Part shown: piece after piece, positions 47,956-58,001 of the stretch
How the letters are laid out: every line of letters begins with the position of its first letter
Position numbering within the stretch: the first letter of the stretch is position 1
Assembly (NCBI GenBank): GCA_965209055.1
Contig: OZ242374.1
Coordinates: 5,984,001-6,048,000, forward strand
Length of the DNA stretch: 64,000 bases
Direction of reading: 5' to 3'
From: Acidobacteriota bacterium
Lineage (GTDB): Bacteria; Acidobacteriota; UBA6911; RPQK01; JAJDTT01
The notes under the pieces: generated by a model
Seen by the model: only the letters and a program-made list of their open reading frames with translations
Told to the model about the DNA's origin: nothing
Databases searched by the model: none
Position numbers and translations under genes: made by a program

Positions 47956-50900
47956 TCCGTGCCTTCACGATGTCGAAGGTCGCGGCCGCGTTGGCCCCGT
48001 AGGCACCAAGCGCCTCGTGGATCGCCTTCCGGATGAGCGTCTCCTTGATCGGGTGGCCGCGCCACCCGTCCATCCGAGCCTTCCGAACCGCCTGATCGAC
48101 GGCCAGCGCGACGGACTCGCGTGTGCCGGTCCCAGGTTCAGTTATCGTCATCGGCGGCTCTTCCGGGAGGTTGTCGTAGATCGCGCGCAAGGCTGCGGTG
48201 TCGATGTTCGCTGGACGCGACCCGCCGTCCTCGCCGCACTTCACCTTCGCGGCCAGCGCGCTCACCCGCTTCAGGTAGTCTCCGTACGCGATCACCTCCT
48301 CGCGCCGTTGCCGGATCAACTCGTCGAGCAGCCTGGACATCCGTTCGTAGTACTTCGGGTTGACGGACATCTCATCCACGATCAGGCGCCGGACGTTGTT
48401 CTCGATGGTTTCCGCGACGGCGCGGCGGTTCCCCCGGATCCCGTCGGGCAGCGAGTCTACGGCGTCCCCGGCGCGTTCGACAAGGAGATCGACGAGCGTC
48501 ATGTCGTCGAAGGTGGAAAGAACCCCGGAGTCGTCGGCCCGGATGTAGGCGTCCAGAAGATGCCGCATCGCGGGCTCGAACATTTTCAGGTCCACGAAGT
48601 CGCCGCTGTTCAGTTTGACCTCTTGACGGACCTTCTCGTAGTGGTCCACTTCGTCCCGCGTGTCCCTCCGTTGGGCCTCCGTGTAGCCCGCCGCGATCAT
48701 CTCGTTGGCCAGGTCCGCGTAGCTGCGGAGGAACGCGGCGACGAGCCGGTAGAGGGTGAGGCGCTTGCGTTCGTTCGCGGCCAGTTGGCGAGCCGCCTCC
48801 TCACCGTCGCCCGTGCCGTCCTGGCAGAAGTAGCGCAGGTACGCTGCGGTATCGCGGGGCGGGTCGACCCCTTCGCAGAGCGCCCGAACCGCTTCGCGGG
48901 CCTCTTCCAGCCGCTCCCGCCCCCGTTCCAGGCGATCCGTCAACAGCTCTTCTACATCCTCGCGGCTGTAGCCCTCGAAGGCTTCGCCCGTGTAGTCCTG
49001 GATCGCGCCCTCCAGCGAGCGGAAGAGGTCCCTGTAGTCGATGATGTGGCCGTACTCCTTGTCCTCGCCATCGAGGCGGTTGACCCGGCAGATCGCCTGA
49101 AACAGAGCATGGTCCTGCATCTTCTTGTCGATGTAGAGGTACGTCGCGGGCGGGGCGTCGAACCCGGTCAGCAGCTTGTCCACGACGATCATGAGCTTCA
49201 TTTGCGCTGGGTCATTCACGAACCGTCGCTTGACCTCCTGCTCGAACTCATCGGCCTTGTGCATGGCCGTGTCCTCGGACTCTCCGAAGTGGTCTGCGAG
49301 CATGCGCCGGTAGACCTCGTACTTGAGCAGTTTCTCGGCCGGACCCTCCCCGGGGTCCTCGCCCGCGATGTCGCTGGCAGCCGGCTGGTATGACGTGATG
49401 ATCGCGCACCTGCCCTTCAGGTCGGTCGCACTGAAGCGCTGAAAGAAGCGGCAAGCTGCGTAGATGCTGTCGGACACGAGCATGGCGTTGCCCCGCCCGC
49501 TTTTCAGCCGGTCGCGCGTTTCCATGTCCATGAGGATGTCGTCCACGATCTTGTCGATCCGTTCGCGCGAACTCGTGACCTTCCGCATCGTGCCCCAGCG
49601 CTGGCGGAGCTGCGCCTTGGCAAGGTCGCTGAGCCCCTGGGTCTTGAGGTCGAACCACTGGTCGATCTTCGCCTCGGAGGTCAGGTGCTGGTCGATGTCG
49701 CGCGCCTCGTAACGCAGGTCGAGTACCACCTTGTCGCGGATCGCCTCGTCGTACTTGTAGGTGTGGATATACGGGCCGAAGGTCTCGATGCTGCGCGGCT
49801 TGTCGGACTTGAGCAGCGGCGTTCCCGTGAAGCCGATCAGGGTGGCCTCGGGCAGGAGTTTCTTCATCGCGCCGTGGAGTTTACCGGACTGTGTGCGGTG
49901 GCATTCGTCCACGAAGACATAGATGTCTCCGGCGGGGCGAAAGCCGCCGGAGATGTGGGCGCGAAGGTCGCTCACATAGCGGTCGATGTCGCCCTCTTCC
50001 GAACGGCCGAACTTGTGGACGAGCGAACAGATCAGCGACTTGGCGGGATCGCGAAGGGCCTCGGCAAGGTCCGCACCGCTCTTCGTGCGGTGGATGTCCT
50101 CGTCCACGCCAAGAAAGACCTTCTCGATCTGCTCGTCGAGTTCCTTGCGGTCGGTGATGACGAGCACGCGGCCATCGGTAACCTTCTCGCGGATCCACTT
50201 CGCGAGCCACACCATCGTGAGGCTCTTCCCGCTGCCCTGGGTGTGCCAGATGATCCCCCCATCCCGTCGCTTCACATGGGATTGCGCTGCCTTCACGCCG
50301 AAATACTGGTTGTGACGGCAGATCTTCTTGGTGCCCGCGTCAAACACCACGAAGTCGTGGACCAGTTCGAGGAGACGGCCCGGTGCACAGAGGTCGGCGA
50401 GTTCTTGGAGAAGGGACGAAGCGGCGTTCGACGCGGGTGAAGACGCGGCAGCCTCCTTCCAGCGCAGCCAGTACTTTTCCGGTGTGCCGACCACGCCGTA
50501 GCGGAGCCCCTGCGTGTCGTTGCCCGCCATCACCAACTGCACGGTGGTAAAGAAATGCGGGATGAAGTGCTTCTTCTGGTTGGCCAGGTTCTGGCGGATC
50601 CCCTCGGCCACCGACACGGTCGAGCGCTTGAGTTCGATGACCCCCAGCGCGATGCCGTTCACGTAGAGGACGAGATCGGGCCGCTTGGTGTTCCGGCCGC
50701 TGACCGTGACCTCTTCGGCGATGGCGAAGTCGTTGGCGAACGGATTGCTCCAGTCGATCAGATCGACGGTAACTGCCTTCCTGCCGACTCCGGGACTCAC
50801 CTTCACGCCGTACCGGAGGAGGCCGTAAACGTTCCGGTTAGCTTCGTAGAGCGTGCGGCTTCCGCCCAGTGCGGCGGCTTGCTCGAGCTTCGCAATGGCC

Positions 50901-51082
50901 TTCGCGATCAGACTCGCGGGATGGCCGCCGCGCTTGAGAAAACGGGTGAGGATCCGGGACTCCACGTTGCAGTTGCCGTCCCGGTCCTGCCAGTCGCCAA
51001 GGTAACGGTAGCCGAGACTGTCCCGGAAGAGCGCGATGACCCGCCGTTGCGTTTTGATCTCCTTTTCGCCGACGGGGGTCAT
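47945..51082 (-). CDS. hsdR: Type I restriction enzyme R subunit
   Basis: RPDLVLYVNGIALGVIELK, WHTQGSGKS, DECHR, GFTGTP, VVDKLLTGFD, QAICRVNR; ATGA overlap start 51082. Confidence 0.95.
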   Translation of the reverse strand: MTPVGEKEIKTQRRVIALFRDSLGYRYLGDWQDRDGNCNVESRILTRFLKRGGHPASLIAKAIAKLEQAAALGGSRTLYEANRNVYGLLRYGVKVSPGVGRKAVTVDLIDWSNPFANDFAIAEEVTVSGRNTKRPDLVLYVNGIALGVIELKRSTVSVAEGIRQNLANQKKHFIPHFFTTVQLVMAGNDTQGLRYGVVGTPEKYWLRWKEAAASSPASNAASSLLQELADLCAPGRLLELVHDFVVFDAGTKKICRHNQYFGVKAAQSHVKRRDGGIIWHTQGSGKSLTMVWLAKWIREKVTDGRVLVITDRKELDEQIEKVFLGVDEDIHRTKSGADLAEALRDPAKSLICSLVHKFGRSEEGDIDRYVSDLRAHISGGFRPAGDIYVFVDECHRTQSGKLHGAMKKLLPEATLIGFTGTPLLKSDKPRSIETFGPYIHTYKYDEAIRDKVVLDLRYEARDIDQHLTSEAKIDQWFDLKTQGLSDLAKAQLRQRWGTMRKVTSSRERIDKIVDDILMDMETRDRLKSGRGNAMLVSDSIYAACRFFQRFSATDLKGRCAIITSYQPAASDIAGEDPGEGPAEKLLKYEVYRRMLADHFGESEDTAMHKADEFEQEVKRRFVNDPAQMKLMIVVDKLLTGFDAPPATYLYIDKKMQDHALFQAICRVNRLDGEDKEYGHIIDYRDLFRSLEGAIQDYTGEAFEGYSREDVEELLTDRLERGRERLEEAREAVRALCEGVDPPRDTAAYLRYFCQDGTGDGEEAARQLAANERKRLTLYRLVAAFLRSYADLANEMIAAGYTEAQRRDTRDEVDHYEKVRQEVKLNSGDFVDLKMFEPAMRHLLDAYIRADDSGVLSTFDDMTLVDLLVERAGDAVDSLPDGIRGNRRAVAETIENNVRRLIVDEMSVNPKYYERMSRLLDELIRQRREEVIAYGDYLKRVSALAAKVKCGEDGGSRPANIDTAALRAIYDNLPEEPPMTITEPGTGTRESVALAVDQAVRKARMDGWRGHPIKETLIRKAIHEALGAYGANAAATFDIVKARNEY

Positions 51083-52650
51083 GGCTTGGTTGATTCGGAT
51101 TCGAGGATTTCCCAGCGCCCCTTCTTGGTCGGTCCCACATGACGGATGCGACCCGCCTTCCGGAGCTTGTCGAGATGGTATTTGACGCCTTCCGGCGTGA
51201 TCCCGATTCGGGAGGCCAGGGCGACGCGCGTCAATGTCGGATCCCTTCGCAGGAGAGCGAGAATGCGGTCGCGGGTAGGCATCGAATCTGGCTTGCGGCC
51301 TTCTTGGGCAGCTTCGCCGGTTTCCTGGGTAGTCTCGGCGAGTTGCTGGGTAGTCTCGCGGCCTTCTTGGGTAGTCCCTCGCTTGGCGCCTTGGGTTTCT
51401 TGGGTGGCCGCGCGAACGGAGCCAAGCTGCTTGCCATTGCCGCCCGCCCGCAAGATTCGGGTGATAAACCCCGCGCCCGCCTCGAACTCGGGCTCCGGCA
51501 GGCCCGCCTCTGCGCAACGCCGGATCATGTCCACCGTCCCGGTTCCCATCTTCTCGATGTAGCGGAGCAGGTACATTGACTCCGCGATCAGCGGATTGGC
51601 GGGCAGCGACTGGTGCGCCACGCGCAGTTTCTCCACCGTAAGCGGCGGCGGCAAGCGGCCGGAGTTCATGACCTCCAGCCGGTCGGCGAAGAGCATTACC
51701 TGAACACTGCTGTTGTCGGTGTAGTCCCGGTGCGCCACCGCGTTGACGATGGCCTCCGTCACGACCTCCTTCGGGATCTCGTAGGCCACAGGGGCTTGGA
51801 CCGTCTCCGCCCTCGTCCCAACGGTCAGAGCGATCTTGCTCAACACGAAGTCCACCGCTTGATCCACAAGCTCGAAGACCGTGCCCTTGTACACCTGGTG
51901 GGAAGGGATCGGCTTGGCGACCTCGGTTCCGTGGAAGTGCGCGCACTTGACCTCGGAAGAGATCAGGAAGCGTTGCGGGGTGCTGCCGAACAGCAGCACG
52001 GCGGCGTTCGTGAGCCGTCCCCGGTTCAGCAGGTTCAGGTGCCTGAGCAGGTCCGCTGGCGGAGTCCCCTCCGGCAGTGGGAACTGCCGCGATCTTCGCG
52101 CCTCGCGGATGAAGCGGTACATGCCCTCGACGTTCAGGTCGTCAAGTGTGGCTCCCGAGCAGCCGGACGCGTCGAACGGCCCGAAGCGCAACATTTGCCT
52201 CGCTTCCAAGTACTGGACGAGAGCGGCGTACAGGCCTGCCACCAACTCGGCCCGGGTAGCGAAACGCCTTCTCACCAGACCAGCTTGCGCCCTGCCGATC
52301 AGTGCCCACATCTTCGGGTGCCGCTCGGCTCCCTCGGAGCCCTTCAGAAAGATCAGCCGGTGCTTCTCCAGATCGGTGGCCCGGTCGAACTCGCGCTCGG
52401 TGGGCGAGATTCCGTTCCCGTCCTCGAACCCGTAGTCTGTACCGAATAGGCCAACGTAGATCTCGCACCGCTCGACTTCGCTCAGATAGACCTCGTCGGG
52501 TCTCCGGTCAGAAGCCGAGACGTCCTCGAATAGGAAGACTTCAAAGAAACGCCGCATCATCGGATCGCCGCGCAGGTAATCACGCAAATGCTCCCGCTCC
52601 CGTGCGAACTCGTACTGGACACTGCTGATGAAGATCCGGATCGGCGTCAT
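51079..52650 (-). CDS. DUF4062 + RecG-C/HATPase-like + HTH protein inserted between hsdS and hsdR
   Basis: RIFISSVQ.EF..ER, YVGLFG..YG, SPTEREF; EAIVNAVAHRDY, DRLEV.NSG, IEKMGTG; C-terminal winged HTH. Confidence 0.85.
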   Translation of the reverse strand: MTPIRIFISSVQYEFAREREHLRDYLRGDPMMRRFFEVFLFEDVSASDRRPDEVYLSEVERCEIYVGLFGTDYGFEDGNGISPTEREFDRATDLEKHRLIFLKGSEGAERHPKMWALIGRAQAGLVRRRFATRAELVAGLYAALVQYLEARQMLRFGPFDASGCSGATLDDLNVEGMYRFIREARRSRQFPLPEGTPPADLLRHLNLLNRGRLTNAAVLLFGSTPQRFLISSEVKCAHFHGTEVAKPIPSHQVYKGTVFELVDQAVDFVLSKIALTVGTRAETVQAPVAYEIPKEVVTEAIVNAVAHRDYTDNSSVQVMLFADRLEVMNSGRLPPPLTVEKLRVAHQSLPANPLIAESMYLLRYIEKMGTGTVDMIRRCAEAGLPEPEFEAGAGFITRILRAGGNGKQLGSVRAATQETQGAKRGTTQEGRETTQQLAETTQETGEAAQEGRKPDSMPTRDRILALLRRDPTLTRVALASRIGITPEGVKYHLDKLRKAGRIRHVGPTKKGRWEILESESTKP

Positions 52651-53945
52651 TGGCACGGTCCGTTTTCGTAGACAGCATCCTGGATCGGAAGTCGAATCGA
52701 ACCGGTAAGAAGCTGCTGCATCATGCCCTGCTTGAGGGCGCGCGTCTTGTCGCGACGCCGGTCTAGCGCGGCGATCTCCGCGTCCATGTCTGAGAGGGCG
52801 GCGGCGATAGCCCGCTGCTCTTGGGGGGGCGGGAATCGAAGCTCCGCAGAGGCGATATGGGCGCGGTTGGTGGCGTACACTTTCGTGCCGGCCGCGAGCC
52901 TCCGGAGATGATCCCGGAATCGGGGGAAAAACTGCAAGTACGCCTTGAAGCCGTCGGCGAGCACCGCCTTATTGAACCTCACCGCGATGGTGTGCAGTCC
53001 GGATACGAGTTGGTGACCCTCGCTCCCCATGATCTCGATGGACTTTCCCACACCTCCAACGTCCTCGGAAGCGTCAACGAACACGAGGTCTCCGTCGCTC
53101 AACCGATCAAGCCTTCTAGCATAATCCTTCGCCAAGGCCGGCAAAGCGGTGGCCGTCGGGTCAAGGTACACACGGGCGGATGTATGGATGTCTCCATAAT
53201 GGAGGTACTTCACTCCACCGCCGACTTCGCCGTTAGGCGCGAGGTAAGAGCGTGGGAAGCTACCATGCCGAAGGAATCGGAGATGGTTCCCCAGCCGCCT
53301 CGTCTCCCACTCACCTCGGAACCCCGGCAGCCGGGTCCTGCCGGTCAGAAGTTGCTGCATCGCCGCCTGCTTGATTGCCCGCTTCTTGGCGATCAGCGCC
53401 TCCAGCGACCCGATCAGGGCGTCTACGTCCATGAGGACGGCGGCGATGGCCCGTTGCTCGTGGAGGGGTGGGAGGGGGATAACATGCTGATGAACGTCAT
53501 TTCGATTCAGCGTTGGAACCCCGGAACCGGCGAGAAACCGAGCAACGCGGATATGGGTGTACAGGTAATAGATGAATCGCGGATCGTTGCGACGATAGGA
53601 TACAACCCAGAGAGCCGTGTTGTGTGGCCAATAGTCCTCCGCCACGAAGTGTACCTTGCCGATTGTTCCAGATCGTCCCGTCACCACACCTGGGCCCTTC
53701 ACCATAGCGCGGTTGTGGCGTCGCAAAATTCCGTTGGAATAGACAACGGGGTAACGTCCTGATCGGACTTGCGATGTAGGGAGATCGAATCCTCGCTGTA
53801 AGGGAGCAACATCACGGAGCGCCTTCGAGGCCCAGCCCGCCGGAAAGACGACCGCCTCGGAGCTTTGGCACCGTACGGCTTCGACCGGCGCATCCGCCGC
53901 ACGGTTCGAGGCAATGGCTATGCTGCGCCCCCGTCCTTCACTCAC
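52647..53945 (-). CDS. hsdS: Type I R-M specificity subunit
   Basis: Two TRDs with conserved PPLHEQRAIA...KQAAMQQLLTG and PPPQEQRAIA...KQGMMQQLLTG. Confidence 0.93.
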   Translation of the reverse strand: MSEGRGRSIAIASNRAADAPVEAVRCQSSEAVVFPAGWASKALRDVAPLQRGFDLPTSQVRSGRYPVVYSNGILRRHNRAMVKGPGVVTGRSGTIGKVHFVAEDYWPHNTALWVVSYRRNDPRFIYYLYTHIRVARFLAGSGVPTLNRNDVHQHVIPLPPLHEQRAIAAVLMDVDALIGSLEALIAKKRAIKQAAMQQLLTGRTRLPGFRGEWETRRLGNHLRFLRHGSFPRSYLAPNGEVGGGVKYLHYGDIHTSARVYLDPTATALPALAKDYARRLDRLSDGDLVFVDASEDVGGVGKSIEIMGSEGHQLVSGLHTIAVRFNKAVLADGFKAYLQFFPRFRDHLRRLAAGTKVYATNRAHIASAELRFPPPQEQRAIAAALSDMDAEIAALDRRRDKTRALKQGMMQQLLTGSIRLPIQDAVYENGPCQ

Positions 53946-54035
53946 TGCCGACCCACCTACACACGGATTCTGCAGACGCTGTCTGCGGAATCTCGCCGAA
54001 CGGTGCGTCTCGACGCTCGAACCGGAGCGGACGGC

Positions 54036-56482
54036 TCATGTCGAGAGCCCCATTCGCCTAAGGTGACCCTCGACCATGGTGCCGTAGTCGTCAACCTGAC
54101 GCACGAGCTCCGGCAGCGCCTCGGAATACCGCGCTTCAAGCACCGTGATCCGTTCCACGAGCCCGTTCGTCAGGCGGTCCACCTGCCGGCCGATCCCGTC
54201 CTCCAAGCTGGCCATCCACTTGCCGCGCACCACCATGTTGGCGACCTCTGATGGAGTCAGAGCCACGTATCGCACTAGTATTTCCGCATCAAGCAAGGCT
54301 TGCGCATCCTTCGCTGCTTTCTTCGCCTTGGCTTCCGCCTTCATGAGATCCAGGCAGACCTCCAACGCGTCGCGCTCGTCGGGATTCCCGGAGCCACCGC
54401 GAATCTCCTTGAGCCGAGCCCTTACGGCCGTCTGCGTCACCTTCCCGGTGTCCGTCGTGGCACCGTGCAGCAGCCCGTCCTGCCCGTGTTCTCTTCTACA
54501 AACGCCTCCACCTCGCGCCCGATCTTCTCCTGCTCGCCCAGCAGGGCCTCCACCTCGCGCTGCTCGTCCGCGAAGTAGCGGCCGGCCACAAGATCGGGTG
54601 GAAGCAGGTCCATCTTGTACTTCGTGCGCCTGACCGTCAGGTCGGGAGACTCACCCGCTTGCCGTTTCCCGACCAGCACTCGCGGCCGCGCCGCCTCCGA
54701 CCAACCGCCGGTCACCACTAGGTACAGGTCGTCCTGCATGACCTCGTCCCAGTAGTCCATCAGACATTGGTAGACATCGTAGGGGTCGATGAGTGGAAGA
54801 TCGGCGAAACGTCCCAGTAGATCCTCGGATAGCTTCCCTATCAATGCCCTCGGGGATTCGCCCTCTCCGAGTCCGTATAAACGGGACTCATGCTCACGCC
54901 ACCAATCGTCGAAAGCGCTCCACACTCGCTCCCGGTACGCCGTGAATTCATCATGTCCGAGAACAACTACTCTGACCTCGTCCGGAGACCTGCACGCTTC
55001 GCTGTATCCCGGACGGCCACCCGGCACGAACAACGCCCGCCGCAAGCCGGGTAACACCTTCCAATAGCGGTCGAGAGCGTCGATGTCGGGGTCAGGGATC
55101 CCTCCATGGAGGTGCGCGCCGAGGTCGTGAAGATCCTCCGGCTCGCCGGAGTCGATGTAACGGGGGATGTTAAGGTTGTAGTCGTTTGCCTCGCTGGCGA
55201 TCTCGTCGAGTGGCACCATCCGCGCGTAGCCGGGCGTGTCGCGCTGGTCGTTGAAGACATCGACGATGCGGTGAATGTCGCGCTCGCGGAGACGGTTCTT
55301 GGCGCCGTCCTTACGAAAGCCCCCGCTGGCATCCACCATGAAGATGCCCTTGCGGGTGGCCGCGTCCTCCTTGTCGATCACAACGATGCACGCCGGGATA
55401 CCGGTGCCGTAGAAGAGGTTGGCGGGCAACCCGATGACACCCCGGATAAGTCCGCGCCTGACGAGATTGCGGCGGATGCGAGCCTCGCGGTTGCCGCGGA
55501 AGAGTACCCCGTGCGGGAGGATGATCGCACCCTTGCCCGTGCTCTTGAGCGATGCAACGAGGTGAAGGAGGAAGGCGTAGTCGCCATTTTTCGCGGGCGG
55601 GATGCCGTACTCGAATCGGCGGAATTCGTCGTGGTCCGGATCGAGACCGTTCGACCACGCCTTCGTGGAAAACGGAGGATTGGCGACGGCGAAATCGAAT
55701 CGCTTCAGGCGTCCGGGGCCGTCGGTGAATCGCGGTGCGGCCAGTGTGTTGTCGCGCTTGATCTCGGCTGCCACGTTACCGTGGAGGATCATGTTCATGC
55801 AGGCCATGGTCCACGTCGCGACATCCATCTCCTGACCGTAGATCGTCAGCCCGTTCGGTGCTTCGTCCGCCGCCTTAATGAGGAGTGACCCGGAGCCACA
55901 GGTGGGGTCATAGACGGCGCGGTCGAGGCCGGTGTCCGCGTCGATCCCGACCACCCGGGCCATGATGCGTGAGACCTCGGCAGGGGTGTAAAACTGCCCC
56001 TTGCTTTTGCCGGACTGCGTCGCAAAGTGCCGCATGAGGTACTCGTATGCGTCGCCAAGGAGGTCGTCGCCCTGGGCGCGATTCGCCTGGAAGTCGAGCC
56101 GCTCGAAGATCCCGACCAGCTTCGTGAGCCGGTCTGTCATCTCCCGGCCCCTGCCGAGCTTGCTCTCGTCGTTGAAGTCCGCTTGGTCGATCACGCCCTT
56201 GAGGAGGAAGTCGTTGGTGTCGGCGAGCTTCCGAATAACGACGTTGATGCCGTCGCCGATTTCCTTGCTCCCCTTGAGTGCCACCATGTCCGCGAATCCG
56301 CCCCCGGGCGGCACCTTGATCTCGGAATACTCGTCGTCTGCGCCCGAGTACTTGTCCGAGACGTACTTCATGAACAGCAGCGTCAGGACGTAATCCTTGT
56401 ACTGCGAGGCGTCCATGCCGCCACGGAGCTGGTCGCAGCTCTGCCAGAGCGAGGCGTGCAGTTGGGACTTGCGCAGGGCCAT
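54036..56482 (-). pseudogene. hsdM: Type I R-M methyltransferase, frameshifted near 54482
   Basis: LRGGMDASQYKDY, GQFYTP, YDPTCGSG, ANPPF, YNLNIPRY. Frame breaks after EENTG; adding one base continues DGLLHGATTDTGKVTQ into ORF 54036-54440. Confidence 0.88.
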
Positions 56483-57007
56483 GGTCGGCTCAACTTCCTG
56501 GCGCGGGCGGGCGCCGTGCGGGCACTGGACCACAACCTTCGAGCCGGCACAGGGATCGGAGGAAACGAGTCGCCCCGCCCCGGTCGGAGAACGGCGCCCC
56601 GCCGGGCCGGATCAGACGCTGGGACGTGTCTCCCCCGAGGACGTCGCGTAACAGGTCGGCCACTGCCCGACGGGAATTCGGAACCTCGGTCTTGGCCATG
56701 CCTCAATTTAGCATGTCGGGCCGGGCCAGTCCGGTGCGGCTTCCGTGTCGGGATCGGAGCAGGGCGTCAGACGCCGGCTGCGGCGATGACAAGCTGCACC
56801 CGCTTCTTCGTGGGCACGAACAGCACTGCCAGCAGTCCCAGCCCGATCAGTGCGTATTGAACGCGGACCGCCGAAGCGAGCACCGCCAGGCAGGCAGACC
56901 ACCACGCCGTCCAGGCATCTTGCGCGGACTGATGCGCCATCAAGGCGAGCACTGCCAGCAGCAGTGCCCAGGAATCTTCGCAGGAGCCTTCCCGCCAGGG
57001 ATATTTT

Positions 57008-57106
57008 GGACGGGAGCGACCCCACCAGGGAGTGTTGCGCAGATGTGAATTGCGCAACACCCCCGCGCCCGCACCGGGCAGCAAAAAGGGGGGGTCGCTC
57101 CCGTCC
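57008..57106. other. Nested inverted-repeat structure
   Basis: 16-bp perfect IR GGACGGGAGCGACCCC (57008-57023) / GGGGTCGCTCCCGTCC (57091-57106) enclosing GTGTTGCGCA-9nt-TGCGCAACAC (57032-57060). Confidence 0.8.
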
Positions 57107-57161
57107 ACCTCCATTTTCCCCGTGCGGCCACCCGGTGGCCGGAAATGGGGCCGCAACTGAC

Positions 57162-57330
57162 TGAAAGGAAACAAGCTCGGGGAGAGTGCATTTGTGAATC
57201 ACCGGGACCGCTTTTTGTGAATCCACCCCCCTTGTCCCATTCACATCCCGGATCGGGCGCGAGACCCTCTTTTCGCACTGCCGAAACAGCCCTCAATCAG
57301 CCTTTGCGACTGCCAAGTGCGTTCACCGCC
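57162..57330 (+). repeat. ~165-bp direct repeat, copy 2
   Basis: Aligns with 46696-46862. Confidence 0.85.
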
Positions 57331-57949
57331 AATCACGACCTGGAAGGAGTAACTTTCCGCCGTTGTTTGCCGCTCGACCGACTGCTTAAGTGCGGCCGTA
57401 ACCCGGCCGTAGGAGTTGAGCAGGCCTTGGTCGGTCGAGTGCCCCGGATCGACACGGACGAAGACGGTCCGGTCCGCATCGACGGCAAGCGGCGGCTTGA
57501 GCGCGAAGTCACGTAGGGTCTTCCCCACCGCCCCCGGCACACGCGCCGAGGAAGCCGTTGCCAGTGGACAGCGAGTGTGTCAGGGTTCGAGCGTTGCCCT
57601 GCGGTGCTGGCCAAAGATCGACACGGCCTTAAGAGTTTCAAGAAGATTCGGCATGGCCGGAAGCTAACACCGAAAGCTGACAATCGGGTCTTGTTCCCGG
57701 AGGGCCAGACGACGACGGCCCGCGCGGGTTTCTTCCCTTGCCCCCCCTTCGGTCCCTACGGTTCAGCCCGGATCGGGCAGGGGTCCCCATGGGGTCATGC
57801 GGCGTTGACAAGACAGGTCATGAGGAGGGCCAGAAGGATCAGCGCACTTGCGAGCTTGAGAGCGGTGGACCAATCGTTGAAGGGCCGACGGGGGCAATAG
57901 GTGCAGACCGTTTCATTTGGGGATTATATACGAAAGTTCCAGATTCCCC

Positions 57950-57978
57950 TTGACACACTTGGAACTTTCCTGTAATAT
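57950..57978 (+). promoter_or_regulatory. Putative sigma-70 promoter of transposase
   Basis: TTGACA-17 bp-TAATAT, then AAGGAG RBS. The spacer contains GGAACTTTC, an inverted copy of the TIR motif GAAAGTTCC. Confidence 0.6.
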
Positions 57979-58001
57979 CTCCTTGTAAGTAAGGAGATCG
58001 T

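Noticed and set aside
51300-51405. Tandem ~21-bp repeat as an independent element
   Set aside because: In-frame low-complexity linker within the DUF4062 gene
56767-57174. 135-aa membrane ORF upstream of hsdM
   Set aside because: 5' part runs through the nested hairpin and repeat; only the last ~70 aa look like a membrane-protein fragment, insufficient for a call
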